Source: an uncultured Candidatus Peribacteria bacterium (lineage in GTDB: Bacteria > Patescibacteriota > Gracilibacteria > BD1-5 > UBA2023). Taken from it: DNA of 35,931 nt. Positions 1 to 9,047 of this stretch are shown here, piece after piece. Every line of letters begins with the position of its first letter. Within the stretch, counting starts at the first letter, position 1. Below the pieces are notes generated by a model. That model worked only from the letters and a program-made list of their open reading frames with translations, had not been told where the DNA came from and made no database searches. The translations under genes and the position numbers were made by a program. Location of the stretch: positions 5,696 to 41,626 of the forward strand of contig CAZRBF010000001.1 of NCBI GenBank assembly GCA_964598195.1, read 5' to 3'.

Positions 1-383
1 AGGGTAAATACTCAGGTTATGAGTATCCCCGCCATCGCCATGGGTGAATTGTAGCCTGGAAGCCAGAATCCTATGGCGAGCGAAAGGAGGATGATGATCA
101 CCCCGAATCCTGTTCGGAGGGTGAGAATATTTCCGACAATGCTCTGTACTTTTGCATGGTCGTTCTTGTGTTCGCTAATCTCTCGAACGGTAATAGTGTA
201 GAGTCCGAGATCTGCAATAACCGAAAAGATCGAGAGATAATTATATACCTTCGAATAAAGTCCGTAACCTGCAACATCCAGATAGTTCGTGAGAATTTTG
301 ATGAGAAATATGGAGATAAGTGCGGTTGCAACTTTTCCGGCGATCTGTGCGAGCGTATTAGAATAAACTTTTTTGGTGGCCAA
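1..383 (-). CDS. MOP-superfamily (Wzx / polysaccharide-biosynthesis type) flippase, N-terminal part only; gene runs off the left edge
   Basis: ORF 12..383(-) gives a hydrophobic N-terminus MATKKVYSNTLAQIAGKVATALISIFLIKILTNYL..GYGLYSKVYNYLSIFSVIADLGL, typical of polysaccharide flippases. No stop before the window edge. The only start in frame is TTG at 381-383. Confidence 0.5.
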
Positions 384-411
384 GAGAAATATTTTACATT
401 ATAGATAAAAG

Positions 412-1278
412 CTACGGTTTATGTTTTGCATTTGATGGGGGAGAGTATACATCATTGAACGCACGAATAGCTCGTGCGATTTCTTCTCGCGAAGAGTTTT
501 CAGAAATAGCTATTGTACCAACATTACTCATATCCCTTACAGGCTTATTCGGATCGAGTATTGCGATAGGTGGTTCTGCTAATGGGGGTGATTTCTGCGT
601 AAGGGGAATGTTTGTTTTAGTAGATGAAGCAGGTGGTGCTATACGAGCAATTCTTGTTTCTGTTCCCTCCTCTCTGGGCGAATATCGAGAAGATTTCTCT
701 GGAGATCTTGTTTCTCTTGAGGTAATTTCTTCAGAAGTTGCTCGATTTCTCGTGGGGGTATCTTCATCCGTAAGTGCGACATACACTCCTGTGGATATCA
801 TTATAGCCAAAGCAGCGCATCAGCCATAGGCTATGTAGCGAGACCTTGGATCACTCATGAGTATGGCAAAAGATTCTCGAACAGAGAGTTCCTTTTTTTT
901 TGCCTTTGATGGTGGTTGGAGTGGGTATATTGGTTTTGAATTGAGGGCATGTTTTTTAGCAGCTGACAAGGCAGCATTTTTTGGTTTTGTATCAGCATTT
1001 TTGAGTATTTCTGGTGAAATGACTCTTTTTGGCATTTGAATAATTTTCCCGTGAGGTATAATTTTCCCACTCGAAAGAAGTAATGCATCATTGTTATACA
1101 TAAGTCCATTTCCGTTTAGGAGTGATCGAACGAGATCAGTTCTTTTTTCAGATATTCCATAAATTCTGAGAATATTCTGAAAAGACATGCCTGGTTCGTA
1201 CGTAATAATAGCATAATTTCCATCAAGAGTCAGCTTGGAAGAGAGTTTTTCAATATCTTCGACTCATTTATTTTTCAT
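412..1278 (-). CDS. hypothetical protein with N-terminal LysM-like repeat and Ser/Pro/Thr/Glu-rich low-complexity region
   Basis: Fragments 820..1188(-) and 412..810(-) share a frame and are separated only by TGA 820-822. The frame stays open upstream through TGA 1264-1266 to ATG 1276-1278 and ends at TAG 412-414. The segment YEPGMSFQNILRIYGISEKRTDLVRSLLNGNGL...GKIIQMP resembles a LysM repeat (weak). Confidence 0.5.
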
Positions 1279-1427
1279 ATTTGGTAGCTCTAAAAGATAG
1301 AATTCTTGTGCGAGGTCTTTTGTACGCAAGTATAGACAAAAAAGAGAAAAAGCAAGACAATGGAATATTTTTTTGTTTTATTCTCCGTTTTCCATATTAT
1401 TCATTGGCATATATTCATCATATTCTT

Positions 1428-3416
1428 ATGACTCTCCTTACCAAAGCCCTACTTCATACCACCGATAGCTACATCAAACGCCTCCAAAAAGGCGGTATTT
1501 CGACAGTGGAAGATCTGATCGGCCACTACCCTCGGACCTACAAAGACAAGTCGGATGTTTTGGAGCTTTTTAGCTATGTGAATATCCGCGAGCCAAATAC
1601 TCTCCGGCTCAAAATCGAATCTATTACGACTGAACGTACAAGAAATAATAAAGAGCTTACGAAAGCGATTCTCTGCGATAAATGAGGGTTTCTCTCAGAG
1701 GCAGTATGGTTTAACAGAAAGTACATGCTCCAAAAATTTCATGCGGGCGATACTGTCAAGATATATGGAAAGCCCAAATACGAATACGGAAAACTCTCTT
1801 TCCCGAGTCCCGATATAGAATTTTCAAAAGATGAAGGCTCTACGATAGTCCCTGTATATCCGGAATGTAACTATATCCCATCCGCTTGGTTTGAAGGGAA
1901 AATGTCGTGTATCCGAGAATATTTGAGGACAATCCCAGAAGTACTTCCTGATGAAATCCGTAAACAGAAAGGATTTCGGACAAAGTCAGTAAATCTCACT
2001 GCTATTCATTTTCCTGTGTCCAAAGCGGATTTTGAACGAGGGAGAACCGAACTTGCCTATGAAGAGTTATTTTCTCTCCAATATGAGGGAATTATGCGGA
2101 AAAAAGATGGAGAACGCACGAGTGCAGGACGGGCAATCGCGATTCCCATGAATCCTGAAACAGTGAAAGATATTATTTCGCGTCTTCCGTTTCCTCTGAC
2201 CAATGGTCAAAAAGTGGTTCTTTTCCAGATTCTCAAAGACATGGAACGTCCGTTTTCCATGCAACGACTCCTCCAGGGGGATGTCGGAACCGGGAAAACC
2301 ATCGTCGTCATGATCGCAGCCATTCATGCAATACTCGAGGGTCGGAAGAACAAAAAGTGAATCCAAGTTGCTATTCTCGCGCCAACCGAGATTCTCGCAC
2401 GTCAGCATTTTGCAAGTTCTATGAATCTGCTTGCAGATTTTGGTATTACCTCAGACTTTCTGGTCGGGTGACTGACTCCCCGGCAAAAAACCGATGTAAA
2501 ATTACGCCTCAAAAATGGGGATATTTCCGTCATTATCGGGACCCATGCTCTCATTGAAGACACGGTGCAATTTGAAAATCTCGCCCTGACCATCGTCGAT
2601 GAGCAACACCGATTCTGAGTAGAGCAACGACGTGCATTGGAGCAGTACAGTTCTCATAAAACATGAGGATTGCCGCATGTTCTCAACATGACTGCAACCC
2701 CTATCCCCCGTACCCTCTCCATGACTATCTACTGAGATCAGGATATTTCGGTGCTTTCTGAGTATCCAGTTGGTCGCAAGCCGATTCATACGAGGGTGCT
2801 TGCAGAGACCGAGCGCAATGAAGCATATAATTTTATAGCTACTGAGGTACAAGCAGGAAGGCAGGTCTATTGGATTTCTCCACTCGTGGAAGAATCCGAG
2901 ACGCTCGATATCGCGAGCGCTGTCAATATGCAAGAGATCCTCCAAAGTGTATTTCCCGATTTTCGAGTGGGACTCATCCATGGGAAGATGAAAGCGAAGG
3001 AAAAAGATGCGATTATGCAGGCTTTTTATGAGCGAAAGATCGATATTCTCTCCTCTACTTCGGTGGTGGAAGTGGGGGTGGATAACCCGAATGCAAGCGT
3101 CATCTGCATAGAAGCAGCTGAACGTTTTGGACTCTCGCAACTGCACCAGTTTCGGGGACGTGTCGGACGAGGGCGTGACCAATCCTATTGCTATCTCTTC
3201 ACAACCAAGTCCTATACCGGCGAGCGACTTCGCGCTATGGAGCGCACCAATGATGGATTCGAACTCTCAGAGATCGATCTGGAGCTTCGAGGTCCTGGCG
3301 AAGTCTACGGAGTCCGCCAGAGCGGAGTTCCAGAGTTTAAAATCGCCGATATCAAGGACTTGGAGCTCGTGAGCGAGATTCGCGCCGATATAGAGGAATG
3401 GATGCAACAGCAATAA
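1428..3416 (+). CDS. recG: ATP-dependent DNA helicase RecG
   Basis: Fragments 1281..1685, 1725..2360, the stretch 2361..2750 and 2751..3416 are one frame joined by six TGA codons. ATG 1428 gives [40 protein letters not shown]. Motifs: Walker [15 protein letters not shown](G)[29 protein letters not shown] at 3414-3416. Confidence 0.95.
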
Positions 3417-3747
3417 AAAAGACCCCAGAGTATGGGGTCTCGATCCAAGGGCTTTGGACTCAAGACGAAGATTTGCTCTTGAGTTGCTCTTGGAGTTTTT
3501 GAATGTAGTTTTTGTCATTCATGATTTCGAGCTTGAACAGTTCGAACGCCTGAGCATTCGTAAAGCCATTCAATATATAAATGTTAAAAATCTGCTTCAT
3601 GAATTTGACAGTTTCTGCTTTTGAAGATAAGAAGTCCGCAAGTACATTTTTTGAAAGGGCACGTGAATCCGGATTATCCGGATCATCGTTGTCACCAACA
3701 ATATCCCGAAAAAGAACATCAACCTCATCCTGTACTAAGAAAGTCAT
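3337..3747 (-). CDS. hypothetical acidic helical protein; 3' end uncertain
   Basis: ORF 3460..3747(-) (MTFLVQDEVDVLFRDIVGDNDDPDNPD...) ends in TGA 3460-3462. Under code 25 the frame continues to TAA 3337-3339, passing through the hairpin at 3421-3439 and 80 nt into the recG 3' end. Confidence 0.4.
3421..3439. terminator. stem-loop between convergent recG and the 3460..3747 ORF
   Basis: gacccca-gagta-tggggtc is a 7-bp GC-rich stem directly after the recG TAA, with an A-run upstream. The T-run is poor, and it conflicts with code-25 read-through of the minus-strand ORF. Confidence 0.45.
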
Positions 3748-3920
3748 GTTATATTCTCCTAAAAAATTTGTTTAAGGGGCGGGTGCACTATATGTAATAA
3801 ATATACAGTGTCAAATTTTTTCTTTGTCTAATTTCTCCCCAAGTTCTTTTACATCTAATATATTGGATGTTTCCAATGGTACACAGAACGTATCGTACCT
3901 CCTTCATTAATTTTTTTCTT

Positions 3921-3975
3921 GCTTTTTCAAAAAAAAACCGTATATTGCATTTCTTGTTTTTTTACGTTTATTATT
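3921..3975 (+). promoter_or_regulatory. promoter-like element, copy 1 of a ~55-nt repeat (copy 2 at 5781..5836)
   Basis: gctttttcaaaaaaaaaccgtatattgcatttcttgtttttttacgtttattat. Putative -35 TTGCAT at 3945-3950, 18-nt spacer, -10 TATTAT at 3969-3974, upstream A-tract. ATG of the next gene is at 3992. Confidence 0.45.
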
Positions 3976-3991
3976 TATTATTTCCCACAAC

Positions 3992-5200
3992 ATGAGTCCT
4001 CTCCATAGACCAAAAACACTACGTGAATCTGTTTCAGCAGTTATGAAGGCTACCTGAGTAAAGAAACTTACAAAATTTATGTGAGATAAGGTAGAAAGGC
4101 TTGTAGGTAGTATATCTCCAAAATCCGTGGCTCCAGTATTACAACCTGTGCTCGAGGTGGAACAAAGTGACCAAGAAATTCTTCAACCAGTTAATGTATT
4201 GCCAGAAGTGTCTCCCACTAATAAATCGGCAGAAGTTATACCGTTTAAACCCATTAAGCCGATCTTGGCGATCGACAATACGCTCAGAACCATTGATACC
4301 TCTGAAACTTTTATGGAAACAGTATTACAAAATGCAGCGTACGTTATTGCAGACAAACTCCGTACCGACGATACCATCAAAGATCTTGTAGAGAGTGTTC
4401 GTAAAGATTTTGTAAATATGATCCGAGAAATAGAATGAAGAACGAGTCTTTCAGAAAAAAAGAAACTTACACTCATCGGACCAAAGTGACTCAATATCAC
4501 TCTGTGTATTTCAAATGAGGCTATCGGTGAATATAAATACATAATAGGAAACCTGAAAAAAGATTGTAATGTAGTCTATGGTGTCAATGGGGTGAGCATA
4601 GATAAAGCAGATCCAGGCTGTTTTTGATACTCTTTTGTAGAAGATGGGATTCAGATGATCTTTGAACTCGATCCAGGAAAAAGCAGTTTTGATACACATG
4701 GAGAAAGTGCAAAAAAATATTTTAATTTATTGGAAGGAGGTTTTCCTTTGTTGTGATGAGCATTTCTTCAGTGAATACGAGAAATCAACAATGAGATCAG
4801 TGCGCTCTATACAGACTCTGATACGGGGTTACTGAATCACTTGGCCTACAAGAAAACAAAAGAAGCCTTAGAAAAAGAGTTAAAAATATCGTGAAAACAT
4901 TTTACTGAACATGCGATTGAAATACTACCAAACAATCTTGTCATGCACCTACTCGGGGACTATGGAAGAGAGGCTCTTATGAGAATGATAGCTGATACAG
5001 TAAAGCCCCTCGACCCAGATATGACTTTTGCATATAAACACGTGGACAGGAATATGGCGGTTATATTTATAGACAGAACCAACTCACCAGAAATTATAAA
5101 AAAGCTTTCCGAGATTACCGCGGCGATGTCTCGAAGGATTGAAGTAAAAAATGCTCAGGATCTGATAGTAAACGTCGAGCTTATAACCAAAAAACACTAA
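3992..5200 (+). CDS. hypothetical protein (402 aa) with a possible degenerate GGDEF-like C-terminal domain
   Basis: ATG 3992 and ORF fragments 4127..4438 and 4943..5200 are one frame joined by nine TGA codons, with no TAA/TAG in between; TAA at 5198-5200. The C-terminal region DSDTGLLNHLAYKK...LLGDYGREALMRMIADTVK...AVIFID loosely follows the GGDEF-domain pattern but lacks GG(D/E)EF. Confidence 0.7.
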
Positions 5201-5220
5201 ACAAGATGATCTCAACAAAA

Positions 5221-5243
5221 AATTCACCCGAAACGGGTGAATT
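5221..5243. terminator. bidirectional rho-independent terminator
   Basis: Perfect 10-bp stem aattcacccg / cgggtgaatt with loop aaa, A-run upstream and T-run downstream. It sits between convergent genes ending at 5200 (+) and 5266 (-). Confidence 0.75.
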
Positions 5244-5265
5244 TTTATGATATTCTTTGACTCAT

Positions 5266-5667
5266 TTAATGTTTCCACACATGAGTTGATGCTTGAGAGG
5301 TTTTTCATGAAGGTGGCAGGTCTTGTCATCCTTCTTTTGCTCGTTTGGCATTGATTTCCACGGAGGTAGGGAGATTTTCCATTACTTCTAAAGATGATAA
5401 ATATCTATCGTAGTCTGAGTCCTTAAGTGTTACATTTCTTTTATTTTTGATGGTCTTTGTAGGAATCATCAATCAACCTCCTTCCGCACGTTGAGCATTA
5501 ATTGCTACGGAAGTAGGGAGATCTTTTCTTGCTTTTTCATACTCTGTGAGTACATCATAATAGGACCGCACAGTACTAGCTACCACGTCCATTGCAGGAG
5601 TGTTTGTTTCACCTTGTTCAAGATAAGAGATTCTTGTACTCGATGGAACATTGTTTACATGAGGCAT
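5266..5667 (-). CDS. small hypothetical protein with an internal ~30-aa tandem repeat (weak HTH-like N-terminus)
   Basis: ORF 5473..5667(-) ends in TGA. The frame continues through TGA 5326-5328 and 5305-5307 to TAA 5266-5268. Repeat: YEKARKDLPTSVAINAQRAEGG(G) versus VMENLPTSVEINAKRAKEG(G). Alternative ATG at 5671-5673. Confidence 0.55.
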
Positions 5668-5780
5668 TCACATAAGTTGGTAGATTATAGATTAAATCGT
5701 CGGAGATAGTGTATCTGATTATTGAAAATTTGCAAAAGATTTTGTGTGATTTTTTTTGGATGTGTGTAAAGATAAAAATT

Positions 5781-5836
5781 TGCTTTTTTTGTAAAAAACC
5801 ATATATTGCAGTTCTCGTTTTTTAGTGTTTATTATC
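5781..5836 (+). promoter_or_regulatory. promoter-like element, copy 2 of the ~55-nt repeat
   Basis: tgctttttttgtaaaaaaccatatattgcagttctcgttttttagtgtttattat. -35 TTGCAG at 5806-5811, 18-nt spacer, -10 TATTAT at 5830-5835. Followed by SD-like gaaaggggga and ATG 5865. Confidence 0.45.
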
Positions 5837-5864
5837 AACAAATTTTTGATGAAAGGGGGACTAA

Positions 5865-6140
5865 ATGTCTAATAATGAGAAGTCTGAGGTGTCTCGTGTA
5901 CCATGGTATGCCGAGATACTCATGCTCTGGTTTCTGATAGAAGTGTTCTACTTTAGCTTTAATAAGGCTCGAGAGTTCCGCGAGGTCTTGGTAGAGAATG
6001 GACAAACAGATTTATTGATCTGGGGGTTCGGTTTCTATTTCGTATTTCGGTCGTGTGTATTTGCTTACATGTTCGTTCTCGGGCAGTGCAAGGAGTATAT
6101 TTCTAGAAAGGAGCGCGATAGTGTTAACCAAAACAAATAA
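5865..6140 (+). CDS. small 2-TM membrane protein, first gene of the polysaccharide-synthase operon
   Basis: 91-aa ORF preceded by an AAAGGGGGA SD, ending TAA. Two hydrophobic helices (VPWYAEILMLWFLIEVFYFSF, LLIWGFGFYFVFRSCVFAYMFVL). Overlaps the next gene by 20 nt. Confidence 0.6.
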   Translation: MSNNEKSEVSRVPWYAEILMLWFLIEVFYFSFNKAREFREVLVENGQTDLLIWGFGFYFVFRSCVFAYMFVLGQCKEYISRKERDSVNQNK

Positions 6141-7479
6141 CGAATTTAGCCATTTAGTTGTGGCAATGTTTCTCCATAGCATTGACCCTGATGTATCACG
6201 CATTACCATCGCGTCTCATCTGGAAGCTTTGCTTGCTTTTACGAAAGATGGTGCTACGGCAACATTTGTCATACTCGCGACTAATGAGTCCAAAGAAGGG
6301 GGACAATTCTGGCTTGATGTGAAAACTACTCAGGAAATCGTTGGTGAGTACTCGAGTGACAGAATCGAGGTCATCATCATTCCTCAGGTCAATAAGAAGC
6401 GGGGTGCATACAAGCAACTTTTTGATGTTATTCCATCTGCGAGAAATGTGTCATACTATACACCAGAGCAAATAGTGTTTTGGTTCGTAGATGGCGATTC
6501 AGAAATACCCAAAGAACTGCGTCATTGTTTTTTTGTGGATGTGGCCAGGTCACTCTCTGTCGAAAACAAGATAGGGGGAGTCACGGTTCATAATAAGGTG
6601 AAGGTCTATTCGAACAGTCCTTGGGTCATAGCACTCATGGCATACACAAAAGGTCCAGCAAGGAGTTTTGTTATGCAGGCAAGTCCCAATGTCTTGACTG
6701 GTCGTGGTTCCATGATAATCGGGACTATTGCACTCGATAGGGAATTTCAAAAGCTCGTAGCGGAAGATCTCATTAATCTTACTGGTTTCCTCATTCCTAA
6801 AAAGGAATTTTATTCAGATACTGGGGATGATAAGAGTACATATTATTTCGTACTTATGAAAGGATGGAATGTTCGATATAATCCAGATCTCTACGTAGTT
6901 TGTCATGAAAAGATGAAATGGTTCATCGAGAAGCTCCCAAATATCTGGTCATTTCAACATCCGTCACTTGCTGTACGGTACTGTCGAAATAACCTGAACA
7001 ATGTTCAGAGGCTCCTCAGACTTGGGATGGGAAAATTGGGTTTTACTCGATATATGATGAATTGGGCAGATCGTCACCTGTTCTGGACTCCACTTATAGG
7101 TCCGATATCCACTGCTTTTCTTATGAATGCCTGGGGGTTTGATTATCTCTATGTGTATATAAGTTGGATAGTGGCCACTCGTTCTCTCGCGACATTTGTT
7201 GTCTGTATGGCAACCAAGGAAAGATGGTCCCCATTCTATCCTGTCATATTGATCTACATACAAAATGTTCTATCACTGGTAAAGCTTTGGGCTTTGGTTT
7301 CGGCCAGATCCTTTTGGACGCGTCAGGATAAAAAGATGGTAAATCCAGAAGCTCCAAAAGAGATCTCGGCTTTTATTATCCTTGCAACTATGATCGTCAT
7401 GTTTATAGGTATAAAAACTGGTGTTATATGGGTGCCTGGCTTCCAAGAACTGGTGGTCATAGTTAAGTCATTAATTTAA
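6121..7479 (+). CDS. processive family-2 glycosyltransferase (hyaluronan/chitin/alginate-synthase-like) with C-terminal TM helices
   Basis: GTG 6121 lies 7 nt after AAAGGAG. GT2-type motifs: VVAMFLHSID, KKRGAYK, FVDGDSEIP (DxD), TGDDKSTYY (compare GDDR/TED acceptor motif), AVRYCRNN (Q/RxxRW-like). About 4 hydrophobic helices in the last 130 aa. TAA at 7477-7479. No TGA codons. Confidence 0.7.
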   Translation: MLTKTNNEFSHLVVAMFLHSIDPDVSRITIASHLEALLAFTKDGATATFVILATNESKEGGQFWLDVKTTQEIVGEYSSDRIEVIIIPQVNKKRGAYKQLFDVIPSARNVSYYTPEQIVFWFVDGDSEIPKELRHCFFVDVARSLSVENKIGGVTVHNKVKVYSNSPWVIALMAYTKGPARSFVMQASPNVLTGRGSMIIGTIALDREFQKLVAEDLINLTGFLIPKKEFYSDTGDDKSTYYFVLMKGWNVRYNPDLYVVCHEKMKWFIEKLPNIWSFQHPSLAVRYCRNNLNNVQRLLRLGMGKLGFTRYMMNWADRHLFWTPLIGPISTAFLMNAWGFDYLYVYISWIVATRSLATFVVCMATKERWSPFYPVILIYIQNVLSLVKLWALVSARSFWTRQDKKMVNPEAPKEISAFIILATMIVMFIGIKTGVIWVPGFQELVVIVKSLI

Positions 7480-7495
7480 AAGAAAGAAGGTCAAA

Positions 7496-8938
7496 ATGAG
7501 CGGTAATATTTCTCTACCAGAACCCTCGGAAGGTCAGAAGATACGAGGAGCCAAGATTTCTTGGGTAAGTGTATTCCTGGTCGACAAGAACGGGAATGTT
7601 GGCAAAGAACTAAAAGTCGTCTGGCTTGCCGAAACTGGAACGGGTCTTGGACTGTATAACGCTTCTGAAGATACGTTAAACGTATGGATAGAGTTTTATA
7701 TCCCCGATTGTGACACAAAATATTGGGGATACCAGACACAAATCGCGTTCACAAAACGCGATAAAGACGATGAAAAATGTATGGTTTTCCATATCATTGG
7801 TAACCGTCCCACTCTTGACTTTGGTACATTGCTCCGGCTCAAGATCAAAAATCAAGGGAAACAACTCAGTATACAGGAAATACTGGAAAAAAACGGTCTG
7901 AAAGAATCATCTCATACTCCCAAGAAAAAAAGAAAGGAACCATTTAGATTTACCTCCCTCCATACCAGCATGATTGTGTTGGCTTTGCTTGGTGGTGTAA
8001 CCTATATCCACTATGGAATCCTGGACCATGTGGAAACAGGCACGGTTGCAACGCGTATCGTCACACAGGAGATTCCTTTGACTAAGGGATTGGTTGAGGA
8101 TATCTTGGAGCAAGGAAGCGAGGTCAGGAAAGGGGGAGTACTTGCAAGAGTAGTCGACCCGAACTTGACTGGCAACCTTGGATTGCTCGAGGATAAACGA
8201 GATGAGGCCATAAAAAGAGAGCAAATCCTTCGCAATCAAATTGAAGCACAATCTGTCGATCTGCAGAACAAAAAAGCTATGCTCGAAGAGTCCCGTGCAT
8301 ATCTCCAAAAACGGAAAGATCTTGAGAAGCAGGGATTTATATCGAGTAGTTTGATTCTGTTGGATAAACAAAAAGTTCTCGCTGAAGAGTCTGGGATTGC
8401 GACCATAAGTACGCAAATTCAACAAGCAAAAGTAGAGCTACAAACTCTCCTAAATACTTGGGGCCCAAATTTCACGAAATTACAAAAACAAAAAGGAGAA
8501 CTACAAAAACAAACCAAGGGGTCAACATATCTCGCCAAGTGCGATTGCTATGTCTATTCCGTTGCGTCGGATGTACGGGCGATAACTTTTCAACTCATAC
8601 CAAAAGATCATTTTTATATTGAGGCTGCTCTTCCAAAAGATACAGTGGCACACATGAAAGATGGACAGGTGGTCTGGTTTACACTTCCAGGAAGTAGTAC
8701 TTACAAGAAAGGGGTGTACAAAATAACCGAACTACAAAGAAAAGATCGCATGGGTTTGAGTGGTGAAATATTCGCTGCCACTAAAATGAGCATTATCGTA
8801 ATAAAACCCGATGAACCTATATCGGGCGGAGTTGAGATAATCGGAAAACCCGTTGCACTCATGCTGCACACATCAAGTGTATCAGCAACTATAGAACGTA
8901 TCAAGATTTACTTTACAGCGAATTTTTGAACGTTATAA
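7496..8938 (+). CDS. membrane-fusion (HlyD-family) adaptor with a ~165-aa cytoplasmic N-terminal beta-rich domain and one TM helix (Alg44-like architecture)
   Basis: ATG 7496 after GAAGG. KKKRKEPFRF followed by TM SMIVLALLGGVTYIHYGIL. Lipoyl-like GLVEDILEQGSEVRKGGVLARVVDP, a long coiled coil, then a beta-barrel segment YLAKCDCYVYSV...FYIEAALPKDTVAHMKDGQVVWF. The standard-code stop TGA 8927-8929 is read as Gly under code 25, and the gene ends 3 codons later at TAA 8936-8938. Confidence 0.8.
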
Positions 8939-8939
8939 T

Positions 8940-8988
8940 GTGCCCATCTCGGGCACCAAAAAGACCAAGCTCCGCTTGGTCTTTTTTT
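8940..8988 (+). terminator. tandem hairpin rho-independent terminator of the synthase operon
   Basis: gtgccc-atctc-gggcac (8940-8956), then agaccaagc-tcc-gcttggtct (8962-8982) followed by a T7 run. Confidence 0.8.
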
Positions 8989-9000
8989 CGCTCGAAAAAA

Positions 9001-9039
9001 TCCCTCGGACATTGCCTGGTAGGCAAGTGGTCCGAGGGA
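9001..9039 (-). terminator. long hairpin downstream of ugd (minus strand)
   Basis: tccctcggac ... gtccgaggga is a perfect 10-bp outer stem enclosing the ttgcct/aggcaa inner stem. It lies 9 nt beyond the ugd stop. Confidence 0.6.
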
Positions 9040-9047
9040 TTGATTGG

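Noticed and set aside
1281-3416. recG appears broken into four pieces (1281..1685, 1725..2360, 2357..2557, 2751..3416), suggesting a pseudogene. The same look applies to mraY, speE, the ATPase and others.
   Set aside because: All breaks are TGA codons in a single frame, several on invariant glycines. This is recoding (table 25), not decay. Fragment 2357..2557 is an off-frame artefact.
7496-7990. Calling the N-terminal domain of the MFP adaptor a c-di-GMP-binding PilZ domain.
   Set aside because: Only the architecture and a DxSxxG-like strand (AETGTG) fit, and the RxxxR motif is not present. I kept it as a hypothesis in the findings and did not annotate it as PilZ.
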